Made by a program: the position numbers and the translations under genes. The notes under the pieces are model-generated. The model was not told the DNA's origin and did not search any database. It saw only the letters and a list, made by a program, of their open reading frames with translations. A stretch of 63,127 bases of DNA, counting the filler, from Choristocarpus tenellus KU-1152 (lineage: Eukaryota > Protista > Phaeophyceae): the NCBI GenBank assembly GCA_964200185.2. It is 7 parts of 7 records of this genome, joined end to end, with 100 filler letters (N's around TTAATTAATTAA, not from the genome) between each part and the next. Parts side by side here need not be neighbours in the genome. Positions count along the whole stretch, not along the records: positions 49,826 to 58,758 come from CAXNAD020004180.1; positions 58,859 to 63,127 come from CAXNAD020015369.1; 5 more parts are not named here. The stretch is one strand, 5' to 3'. Below, in pieces: positions 51,874 through 63,127 of this stretch (within the stretch, counting starts at the first letter, position 1; every line of letters begins with the position of its first letter).

Positions 51874-52117
51874 CTGTAAAATGAGGGGAGCGATTTCAGT
51901 GATTTCACGCCTTGTACTTCGCATCTAGCTCAGTCATGAGACAGCACAAACGCGTGCTCCTTGTCGCACTACCCTCAACAAGAAACCTCATAAGGATCAT
52001 TCGAAACAGCAACAGAAATACCATGAAAGATGCAAGCCAATCAGGATATTGCAACTCCCAGATATAGTTCGAACCTTCCAAACTGATTGAATACAAGTTT
52101 CTGGCAGCCTTAATTGG

Positions 52118-55100
52118 ATGTGGGACACCTCCTCTCAACTGCAACTATGGTTTGCAGCATTGGCAAGCCTTGTTGTTGTCGCATTTCTCCTGCGTGGGCT
52201 TTTGCGTGCCCTTCTCGGAACCCACGACAAATTTAAGTTGAAGGGTGTACATTGTGTTGTAACTGGGGGTAGCAGGGGGATTGGAAAAGAAGTGGCGAAG
52301 GTGAGCTTTTACATGGGGTGATGTTGTCTTAGTTTTAGTGCCTATTGCGACAGAACAACTCAGCTCGATATCTGAGAGTGCGCTGATTATGTCGACCGCC
52401 CTCAATTGCCATGGCAGCAATTCGCGCGCGAGGGAGCTAATGTCACGATCATCGCACGGAGACAACAAGCCCTCGACAGTAAGATTAATTTGTGTCGCCT
52501 ATTTTCCTTATAGTGCTGAAGAAGGCGATAGTTTATCAACACGAAACTCAGCATTGGACTATGTTTTTGCTAGAAATGAAAATCACAGCAGAACTGACTT
52601 ATCCTAACTTATCCTAACAACCTTGTAACGATTTCATATTTCACATCCATAGTTGCACCCTGTCATGCACAGGTGCCGTAAATGACATTGAGGCATGTAG
52701 GCTTTCAACAACGCAAAAGGTGCAAGCAGTGAGCGTTGATATTGGAGCAAGCTATGATGGTGTTAAAGCGGCAATGGACGGTGCAGTGGAAAGGCTTGGG
52801 GACGCAGAGGTGAGACTGTACGGTGCGGAAAGGGTCACTCTATCTGGTCATATGTGAACCTCAGAAAAATGATATTGTCACTGCCACGGCTGCATCAAAA
52901 CTAGGACCTCCCCGACCACGCCCCTCTCATACGGTCGTTCCAGGTCTTGGCTAACTGTGCAGGCTTTAGTGTCCCAATGGAGTTTGATGCCATGGAGGTC
53001 GCCGCCTACGAGCGGCTCTTGAGGGTCAACACCCTCGGCAGTATGTATTCAACAAGGGCTCTCCTGCCAAAGATGAAAGAGAACATGAGGGGGCGAATCC
53101 TTTTTACTTCATCGATGTCAGGACAGGTCTGCCTGGTATTCAATATCTATAATTCCATTGTTGTGCTTCCTGTCATATCTTGACCAGGGAGCGAAGAATT
53201 TCCACACACACAGGTCAAACGTTGCCACTCACACAACTACTTTAACATTGCTACGCCGAAGCCTGCGCTGATTGTCAAATATGTTTCCCTCTCGTTCAAG
53301 TCGCAGCTGTACATCCTAACCTCCTTGTGAACATGCTCTCATATGTCTCTCCCGTGGCGGCACTGCATGCTGCTGCTGTCAAGGTGGGCGTGTATGGCTA
53401 TACAGCTTATGGAGCCTCCAAGTTCGCCATTGTAGGGTTGGCACAGGCCCTACAGATGGAGGTGAGAAGGAATGTACATTCGACTGCCTAGTGTAGTACT
53501 GGAACAGCAAGAGCATTATCTTGGGGGAAGTTTTGCTGGAACTCCCTCTAAAGGTACCCTTGGGTTTCTCCTTGAACTGGGCTTCATCGCACAGGTGAAG
53601 GCCTTCGGGATAGCTGTGTCTGTCTCGTACCCACCGGACACAGACACACCTGGTTTCGAAGTCGAGAATGTCTCAAAGCCCGAAGCCACAAGACTTATCA
53701 GTGAAGGGGGGGGGATTTTTTCCGCACAGAAGGTGAGACCATTCATGGTTGTCTCTCCCCTTCTCAGAGCTAGCTGATGGTTTTCCACAACCTGTTCCTT
53801 TCGGTAGATTCAGGGACAGGGAGATGCGGCTAATGGAGTGAGCCTGGGGTTTGATACTTCCTTGCCCTTTTTTTGTTGTATACAATCTGGGGACTGTTTG
53901 GGACTCTTCATAGTGCATCACCCGAGAGTAAACACTTGCTTAGCTTGTCTACCACTAGTATTAATAGGCGAGACTCCAGCTTTGAGCTTGGAGACTGAGA
54001 TTTGTGCACAAGTGCCACAGTCATGTGCTGCCCTCTGGTGGTTCAATCCAGCTAATATCACAGATTTCATTTTTTTTCAAAATTTCACGCATTTTTGTCT
54101 TTGTGAACGCTGCGCAAGTTGGGCTGAGGTACCCAATGTGCTCACTGGGTCAAGATTTAGGTTGGAGAAAGACAATATCCCTGTATTGGTCTCCTTGTCA
54201 GGTGGCTTCCGGTATTGTGAAAGGAATCAAGAATGGTGACTTCACTATCACCTGTGGCCTAGATGGATACCTAGTGTCACTTGGAACAGCAGGCTTTGCA
54301 CCTTGCTTCTCAGTTTGTGATGCAATATGCCAGGTGAGCAACCAATTGTTCTGTTCCTCGATTTTATGTCGGTATGGGATGTCACAAAATAAGGAATTGT
54401 TCCACAAGTACACTGCTCACACACATGTAGTGTCATACAAACACATTTCAAAATTTACCCATGTGCCAGCACAAGTAACCATTGTCATTTAAGTGTAACC
54501 ATCAAGGTCTGTGCTATCCCAGAGGAAACACCATATTATTCAGTACGCAGAGATTGGTGAGCTTTTTCAGGGGGGGGGGGGGGGGGTTGTTACAAAGACT
54601 TTTTTTGTGCCCTTCTAGGCGCTTGGGGGCTTGTTTGGGCGTTTGTTTCACGGGGANNNNNNNNNNTGCGTACAAATGAATAGAAAAGAATAATAAGGGA
54701 TATCTGAAATGGTTTTGTCTGTGGTATTGGGGGGGGGGGGGGGGGGGGGTTGTTACGAAGAATTTTTCTGTTCACTTTTAAGCGCTTAGGAGCTTGCTTA
54801 GGAGCTTGTTTCCAGGGGAAATATGTTGCTGGAAGGGATGGAGATAAGGATACCGTCAACTCTACAAGCTCAAACCTTTTTCGAAAGAAGTACGACTCTG
54901 GGCAGGATGTAGCGCTCCAGGGTGTTTCTGTGGTGTCGAGTCCTCCGTCGTATGACAGGTTGCACTGCATCAAGCACTTCCTATATTTTTCATCTCTGTT
55001 CAACGGTGTGTACAGTTTAGTTCATTCAACCATGGACACTACAGAAGGCCGCGTTGCCGTTGTGACATGCTCAGGGGTATCCTTCCAGCTCACCTCTCTA

Positions 55101-55286
55101 CTATGGTTCGTATCTCTCCCTTGTCCAGGCCTCACCCCGCCCTGACCTACCCCCTTTGGCCCACAGGTATTGGGTGCAAGCATTTTGAGGGCTGCCACCT
55201 TTTTCTATAACTGGCAATTCTACAGAATAGCGGCAAAAGCCAGGCGGGGTGTTGAAGTAACTAGTCCAAGTGATAAATCGTCTTGA
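52118..55286 (+). CDS. KDSR: 3-ketodihydrosphingosine reductase (KDSR/TSC10/FVT-1, SDR family), 8 exons
   Basis: Exons 52118-52300, 52418-52478, 52673-52809, 52944-53126, 53384-53461, 53595-53732, 54202-54333, 55167-55286. N-terminal hydrophobic helix, TGGSRGIG, NCAG, GYTAYGASKFA (YxxxK) and the KDSR-typical YPPDTDTPGF..EN..KP. Confidence 0.94.
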
Positions 55287-56899
55287 AAAGGGCTGTGCCT
55301 ACGTGCAGCACTGAGTTGTTGCCTTTGCATGGTAGTGATGTAGTGGTCATATTGGACCGTGGTAGATAGGCAGAGGTTGTCGTTTATTATGGCAGAGGTG
55401 CCACCTATGAGTAATGCATGTCGGTCAGACTGTTGAATTGTTCGAAGAGGTTGAGCATGGCTTGTGCCAGAGGTACAAAATAGAACAAGTTTGGAGCCCT
55501 TGGAACCCTACACTCCACCGAGACAACTTTGAAAGCATTATACTCCCTGAGTTCTTGTTCTTTCTTTACAGGTGCTCACAGATTCTGATTCCATACACGC
55601 ATAGCATGTCTGCTGAAACCCAGGTTCTCCACAACAGTCGAAGTGCTACTCTACAGCTGTTTGCAGAGTAACCAAAAATGCCTGCACCCTTTCAATCGAT
55701 ATAATACCACAAACCTAGGTCACACTCAGTCATTCCGTACAACAGTGCTTGGTACCAGCTTCCATGCACATGAGCCAAAAAAAAGGTTGCCGATGTCCTC
55801 CTGCTGAATGTCAACGGATCACCTTTATTCAGTGGTTTCTGTAGCCACAAGGAAGAATAATTGGGAGCGACTTGTTCTTCCCACTACTGTGCGGAGGATG
55901 TCCAGAGTTGTTGATGATATGCAGTCTACATGAAACTCGACAAAAGGTGGTTTCATAAAGAGGGTCTCTTGATTGAGCTTGTCTCTGAAGTTTGGTGTAT
56001 TTCCCATGCTTCGATTATGCTACGTGTTTTGGTTTCTAATTGGCTGATGATTGTAGCTGGCCATAAGAAAAGTGTGTACATAAAACCTCAAATGATTCAG
56101 TAGAGCCTGGCCGTTTCCTCATGAATTGTAGAGTTAGCTGGCGCATCTCCTGACCTGATACAAGAAGTGTGGGGAGCCAGTTCTGCTGGCTGGACCTGGT
56201 ACCTATCATGTACTTGTTGAAATCATGTACGTATTCTACCATACCCCAAAGATGTTGATCGACTTTTGTTAAGGCTAAAGTCAGACTCCAGGGCTTACTC
56301 AGTAGTTACCTTTTCCCTACCTCGCCACATGCTGACTGCATTGAGTGGCAAATATGCCTTTGACGGTTGAGTTCCCACATGCCTGGTCAAGCGTCAGCGT
56401 AGGGGTGTGCTTCAAATAATGTTTTGTCCATGATCCCTTTCAATTGAAAACCAATATAGAGTTTGCTCTCCATACGGACCACCCACCCACCATCAATATT
56501 GGAATACCACACTCATCCCAGAAGAGAGGCAACTTTTCTCGTTTGAGGGGTGAACCTACGTACCAGGTGGAAGGAATGCCATAGTTCGATGGTGGACATG
56601 ACGTAATATATGGAGGATGTGTTTGTGGAGAGGGGAGCTTTTTTATTATTACGCCCTCTGACATTTTGTAGATGTGTCAGGGTGAAAACTAATGAAAACT
56701 ATTCACATGTCATCAGTATAAACCCGAAAGAAGTAAAATATATCACAAATGTGAGAAACAATAATCTGTTATTTCACTACTATATATGACCACTACCTTC
56801 CTGTGCCTCCAATCTACCTATTCGTGCACCCCAGGGTGAGAAGCTAGAGAGGCATCCCAAGAATCTAATAAACCCCTCCGTTTCCATCTCCCTGGTGAC

Positions 56900-57330
56900 T
56901 CCAGCTTAAAACGTATGACACGTCTAGACGCTGCCACTTCCTATGTCACTGAGACTATTTCACGTAGGCGGGATTTGGCCGCTCCTTTCCGCCCATATCC
57001 GCCAGTTCCTCTCCCCCCCACCATGTGTGCAACCATCTCATCCAGGAAACATTCCGCTTGCATGCCGAGGCACCCAAAACTTTCCACCGCGAAGGTGTTG
57101 AGGCTATAACTACAAGGATCAAAAGAACCCTCGTAGTGAGTGCGCTTTCACACCTCAGCTGCAGCAGCAGCCACACCAATTGCTGGTGGATGAATGTGTA
57201 AGATGGGAAGTTGCCTGCACTTCTACAGATATAACATCCAGCAGAAGGTCTTTGTCCTGGTATGGGGCTGTTCCAGGGTTCGCAAGTACCCCTGCATGGA
57301 AGACTAGGTCCATGCGATTTTTTCGTAGTC
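56900..57330 (-). mobile_element. 3' fragment of a non-LTR retrotransposon with restriction-like endonuclease (CRE/R2-group type), decayed
   Basis: RMDLVF...LLLDVIS, then after a frameshift AAAAAEV*KRTHYEG.F......FAVESFGCLG..A..FL. This follows the RxD...D...E..K..Y...A.E..G pattern of RLE domains. Confidence 0.75.
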
Positions 57331-57369
57331 AGGTTTGTTGTTATACCGTTATTGCCCTATGATATATAC

Positions 57370-57726
57370 TGTCATACCGATTGAGATTGTTTTCTGAGAA
57401 CTTCGATTCAACTGTGTCGAGGATCTTTGGAGGGATAGATTTCTGTGTCTTCCCGCAACGTCTCTTTATGAGTACGTTTTTTCTGAAAGTGGATCTCCCA
57501 TCTCAGAAGGGTTTCTTTTCTGAAACCCATCCGAATCGTGATCCTCCCCACTTCCTCATTTCCCCACTTTTTCCTCCATTTCCTTTCAGTCCTGCACTTG
57601 TCCAATCATAACCTCGTCCTCTCGGTTACTGTTCATCTTTGGTCCGTCTGGTCCATCTTCCCTGGTGATTCTCTTCACCACCCTTGCGTGAGTAAACCAC
57701 ACCACCACAGAATTACACCGTTCATA
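57370..57726 (+). mobile_element. Probable solo LTR related to 9423-9643
   Basis: Starts TGTCATAC and shares ggtgattctcttcaccacccttgc.tgagt...ccacacc.ccaca.aat.acac with 9581-9635. Confidence 0.6.
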
Positions 57727-60700
57727 GAGAATGATTATATATGTTAACTTATTATGAGGAAGGTGTATTTGAGGTGGGATAAAGGATATATTTTGTATTT
57801 TGTGAGCGCTTTTTGGAGGTACGATTTTTTGGGGCCCTCAACTGAAGACCTTTTCTTGTACTCTGGCTACATCAAGATAGCATCAATGATGCACCCTACA
57901 TTGCGCAACAGCAAAGTCAATTCACTTCCCAGAATGCTTTCTATTGACATCGTTTTGGGGGTGCTTAACTTTGCTTACACCCAATGCCACATTTGGAGCA
58001 GCAGGCATCCCTCAGGGATATGTTACCAGGTTTACACTCACCACCGTCGGCCACCAATGTTCACAAGCAGCAGTCTAGCATTATTTGCCCCCCTCTAGAT
58101 TATAGAAAGTGGATTTGTAGGCAATTATCCCAACGAAACCTACTCTGAAACCTACTTGCTGCAGTTCAAAAGTGGACAACGCGGAGGTGTTGTTCTTCAA
58201 GGACTATGGAAGAGAATGGGTATAAGGACTTCCCTTTTGCCATACCTTCCAATGTGTGGAAAACGTCGGTTGTGGGAACTACAGAATCCGCACTCTTATC
58301 AACAGAACAAAAAGGACTTTGATGGGAGTGTGGTCTGCGGTCCATCTTTTGTTGCTGTGTTCATGTCTATTCCTCAGACGAACATGTGAGGAAAATGGTC
58401 CTCCTTTCTTTTCTGGATGCCCCTTGCAACATTCCTTTCTGTCCTGCCTGGTCCCTGCACCTTGCTCCTTCGAGTTCTATATAGTAATATTACAGGCGAA
58501 TAGCGCGAGCGTTTCTTCTTGTATTTCAACGAAGTGCAAGCGTTTGTTACACGCGAATAGCGCGAGCATTTTCTTCTTATGTTTCAGGAAATACGAACAT
58601 TTGGACAGACGTAGAGTGTGAGGATTGTTTCTTGGGTTCTAACAAGTACGAACAATATACGATAATTAGTAATACATAGGTAGCCTTCCAAGATAAATTA
58701 TGATTTTGATAGGAGACGCAGAGTAAGACTTGGAATTCGAACATAATCTTACAGAATANNNNNNNNNNNNNNNNNNNNNNNNNNNNNNNNNNNNNNNNNN
58801 NNTTAATTAATTAANNNNNNNNNNNNNNNNNNNNNNNNNNNNNNNNNNNNNNNNNNNNTTGGTATTCTGAGTCATTAAGTGTAAGGACTGGTGAGCCCCA
58901 CCTAGTGAAGGTATCTCACTCTCTTCTTAACTGTGGTACAAGTTAATAAACAATAATATAACTAGTTGTGTGGGACAACAGATCGTCAAGGACAGCTTAA
59001 CAGAAAACATATTCAAGCAAGTAGTGGATGCAGGAGCATGTGGATTCTCTTGTTCCACTTTCACCATGTTGGGATGCACTCATGCACCAGGAGGAGCTAC
59101 AGTTATTATTGTGTAAGAAATACTCTGGACCAGTACCCACCCATCATTATTCCAACAGACACCTAACAGTATCTGGTCGTCCGATTATCAAGACTGGGTT
59201 TGCCTTATTCTCAAGTTGTGATTGTGCACGTTATGTTATTATTTCTATAGAGACACCAACGTTTGTATGACACAAAACAAAATGGTCACGTGTCTCATGC
59301 TGCTCCTCTTTTTTTATGTTTGACATGCATAGTTTTGATGTATCCCTGTCACCCTGCTACTACCTCTTCTGTTCCACGGTTTGTCAGACCTTCTCAAATC
59401 CAGGGACTTGAACATGGTTGGGGAGAACACAACCCTCTGCCTCGTGTACAGTGGCAAACCTGTCGGAGGAGCATCCCTGCACCGAGATAACTTTCTTATA
59501 CACGAACCAGTCCGTTGTAATACTTTCGCACACTCTTGTTGTGAACTGCTGTCAACGAGTGTTCCCTCAACTGGCCCTGTTTGTGGCCTCTCTGTCTATC
59601 CATCTTGTGCAGGATCCTGTGGAAAGCACGGTAAGGGTTGATCTACTAAACAGGCCAGCGCTTATTCTGGAGCACAACATACCCCCCTCTGTTGCAGACT
59701 CTTCGACCCAGGAGGGTGGGGTCTTAAGTCAGTCTTCAAAGCTTTGGTTGGCAGTTCCAATATAGATTCCACAGTGAGTAATGGCAATATGACTTGCCAG
59801 GATGTACATGTTCCACTCCACTATCTTTCACCTCACGTGTGACCCACCACAGATCCAGGGACTACACATGTCCTTCACTCTGTAGTAGATATGTACTCAT
59901 CGTTATCACCAATAGTTCAGCGTACGTATTCAAGTGCACAGCGACTCTTGTACACCTCCAAGTGACCCTATGTTCCTCCACACATCTTTCACGGACAGGT
60001 CAAAGTCATCATCACGAGTTGCGACTGCTGTGTACAAACATTGTTGACCTCCTCCGTAACAACAGCAGTACTATCTACATCGTTATGATTGCGGTCTTGC
60101 GGATTGGATGGAAGGCAGGTGTGAGTTAAGTTGTCACTCTGCTTCGCATTGTAGAGAAAGAGGTACTGCAGTCGACAATGGTACCTTTGTGGGACAGGGG
60201 CACCTTCACACCTTCCATTTCTCGACAGTCCCCATGATGGTTCAGGTCCTCAAAAACACAGAGCTTAACCCCATGCTCGCATCAGGAAAGGAGGCCTGTG
60301 GCACAAGACCAGTGTTGTACATGGTCATCTACAAGAGCTGCCCTGTATACAAAGCAGTTGTGATTACATTGGCCTGTCCGTGGACGGTGCCAAAGTCTTT
60401 ACGCAAACTTTTCGTGTGAGGGGGTAATCACAATTTGAGAGGAAGGGAAAGTGACTCCAAGTCGTTCAGGACAGCAGTTTATGGGCAATTGATGATGCTT
60501 TCTTGACTGCCATCGAACCAGGTGTAGAGATAATTGGAAGTAACCATGGGGGGTCACAGAGTTGTGGGATGTAGGGCCCATTGTGAGAATGCCTCCGACA
60601 AGGAGGTTTGAGAGTGACGCCCAGAGCATGGAATTGTCAGATGGAGGGGAGGAAGAAGTGACTGGATCTACGGCTGGAGAAGGACAGGGTGGGGACACCA

Positions 60701-63127
60701 CTCTTATGCATGCCAACAGTGGTGAATGATGAGGTTGCAGTCACACTATACGAAGTAGTTGGAAGTCAAAAGTAATTTAATAGTGAACATACATATTTTC
60801 GATTTACGCCGGCTATTGGTTACCAGATAGCCTGAGTGAGTGTAGTATGTAGTGTTACCACCACACATACTGGTTATTGGTCAGTCAGTTCAAGTGGGTT
60901 TTAATGTTTAATTGGTATGTAATGCAATGCGTTTTTCTGGTTGTACGTACGTATTATGCGGTGTGTGTCTATCACATCTTACACACAACACATATATACT
61001 ACTCTACCAATAATGCTACCACTGCTACAACCACCACTCCACGCATTCGTTCATTTGTCTTGTGAGATGCACGATGTAAAGAAAGTCATCGACGATCAGT
61101 TCTTCATAGTGAGTGTTGGTTTCTGAACGTGACCCCTCCTCGCCTCTCATTCCTCCAACACCACACACTCTATAGTTTGTCATTATTACCGTTATTATTG
61201 TTCTTGCAACCTTTTCTGTATTGTTGATGTAGTAGTAGTTAAAATGGTAACAGTGGTAGTAGTTGGTGGTGTAGAAAACAACGTAAGTTCGCATACAACC
61301 TACGGGGCTGCATACGAAAAGACAGGTAAACAACAGGCATCATCATCGTAACTGAGGTAGGTGCGACGCGCCTTAAAATGAAAACAGAGTGTTCTCGCAC
61401 GATAGTAGAGAGTCCAGGCCTCATTTCAACAAAGGTCCCCACCGCCAACAAAGTTCAGTATGCATGAGAAAATTCCATTCCAGTTCCGTGCTTCAGAACT
61501 CAATAATAAAAAAAATTTCAACGAAATGTTACTCTGCGTTTTAATTAACGGCTGACCTGCTCAAAAGATCCTTTGTACTGGTTGTAAGTTATTAATTTCG
61601 AAGACAATTTTTCCCGGTTCGGCTATTATTAGGTTATTGTGAAGTTATTGGGACTATCAAACTGGAGGAGGTTGAACAGTCACGATTCACATGTATATAC
61701 GGTGGATTATTGCTCTAAAAATGGTACTTTCAAGAAGAGGAGTGATGACATCGTACAACACCCACAGATTAATTCCATCAAAATAACATACGAGTTATGA
61801 ATGCTAGTCTCGTCATTTCCCAGGAAGATCTGCGATGATACTAGACTCAACTGCTATCAAGGTGTGTTTGCAGTTTTCCCAGCTAATACTTAACATGAGA
61901 AGTCATGCAATGATGATGCGTAGTGCATTTGGCGACAAATGGGAATCATCTTTACTAATAAAATGAGATAAATAAAACAAGAACAATAGTCCCACTATGA
62001 ACGCAGCTTTGTCTAGAGAGAAGTGTGTGCATGCATTATGATTACAGAAGCTTCCAGTTGCCTGAAAGCTCAGTGTGTTAATAGTATAACATAGCACTTA
62101 CATACGTATGACAGCCATTGCGGGGACAAAAACAAAATAAAAGCGAAACAAGCAAGAAACACATATTTTCCTGCAGGCTCTCTTAGCTTGATCACTGGAG
62201 TGTTTGATGCATGTCTCTCTTATCTATTGCCCTGCACAGACCTCTCAACCAAGTAAGTACTTCCACGAAATAGCTGATCGAGATAAGTGTCATTTACCAC
62301 TTCAAAGATGGCATGAGCACCACCACAAACTCCAACTGAAAAGGAATCCTGTCCAACCAACCGACAGCAGTCCAGATGTGCCCACCACCTTCAAAACTCT
62401 ACAACAAACTTACCACAAGTAGTGCTGCACAAGTTTCAAAAGTGGATGCTAGCCTCTTTCCTCTTCTCCTGCGTGTGAGCCTTCAGAAACACCGACCAGC
62501 TAGCTCAACAAACGCACAACCAAGTCTTACACAAGCGAGAAAAAAGAGGAAAAAAAGAGCACTGTTACCATGAACCTCCAGGTGAGAACTCACTACCTCT
62601 TTCAACCCTTGCGATGATGAGAGAGTTGTCGAGGCAGCAGCGTGAACGGGCAAAAGATACTGGAAGGAATAAAAGGTGGGCGAGGGCGTGTGTGGGGGAA
62701 AGGGATAACAGCTTGCAAATCCTCCTTCTAGTCATCAACAGGAAAGAGCACACACAACACATATTCGAGCATAGGTAACCATCCCACCCGTCTCTCTTGG
62801 CGTTCCACTCTTCGAGAGGATGGAGTGATGACACCGGACAAGGCAAGCAAAAACCTGGCACAAACCAGCACCACAGGGAAGAACGCCTATCACTGCCACT
62901 ACGTCACAGTTCCTAAGTAGTGCCAATCCACCTATCTCACGGAAGAATAGAGGCAACAAGGACTCCGCGCACAATCAACAACATACACACACACACACAA
63001 ACAAAAGAAGAGCTCAGCCAAGCCATTCCATAGGTATCTCCCCAAATTTTTGAGTCCTATGCATACACAAATCATGTTGCAGCAGTCTGTTCACTAGGCC
63101 GCACCTCCCTCCCCACCCTCTCTCCCC

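Noticed and set aside
54567-54820. Direct duplications and poly-Pro/poly-Gly ORFs around 10-N gaps (also 32450-32640, 43930-44090, 41020-41080)
   Set aside because: Degraded copies following G-runs on either side of small scaffold gaps are typical low-quality read or assembly artefacts.
41330-55286. Apparent ER/Golgi cluster HID1 - bZIP - KDSR
   Set aside because: KDSR lies beyond the artificial spacer at 49726-49825. Only HID1 and the bZIP gene are linked, and adjacency alone is weak evidence.
55825-56300. piggyBac-like phrase VHDFNKYMIG on the minus strand
   Set aside because: Only a loose match to YN..MGGVD with no supporting motifs.
58859-63127. Many short ORFs in the last contig, faintly gag/protease- or hAT-like
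   Set aside because: No motif clear enough to call; probably decayed TE sequence.
1-63127. CRISPR arrays, rRNA, tRNA or prokaryotic operons
   Set aside because: None recognised. The DNA is spliceosomal-intron-rich and eukaryotic, and most entries in the ORF track are chance or antisense frames.

Overview
Eukaryotic, intron-rich, TE-littered DNA. It is probably from a brown alga or related ochrophyte; this is inferred from gene and TE content and TTAGGG-bearing repeats, not proven. The window is not one locus: six 100-nt N...TTAATTAATTAA...N spacers join seven separate contigs, so nothing should be read as linked across them. Spliced genes reconstructed by hand: a Rubisco-LSMT/SETD6-type SET-domain protein (10 exons), an RRM + CCHC zinc-knuckle protein (Air1/Air2/ZCCHC7-like, 9 exons), ornithine carbamoyltransferase (9 exons), the 3' part of HID1, a bZIP transcription factor, a partial coiled-coil protein and 3-ketodihydrosphingosine reductase (8 exons). 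There is also an ankyrin pseudogene and decayed Copia, mariner, hAT and RLE-type LINE elements. The standout signal is in the bZIP gene. It carries two IRE1-type stem-loops (CCG|CAGU and CUG|CAGU) flanking a 185-nt non-spliceosomal intron. Removing that intron deletes the stop codon and fuses a 123-aa acidic tail in frame. This makes the gene a candidate HAC1/XBP1/bZIP60 equivalent (unfolded-protein-response switch) in a stramenopile.
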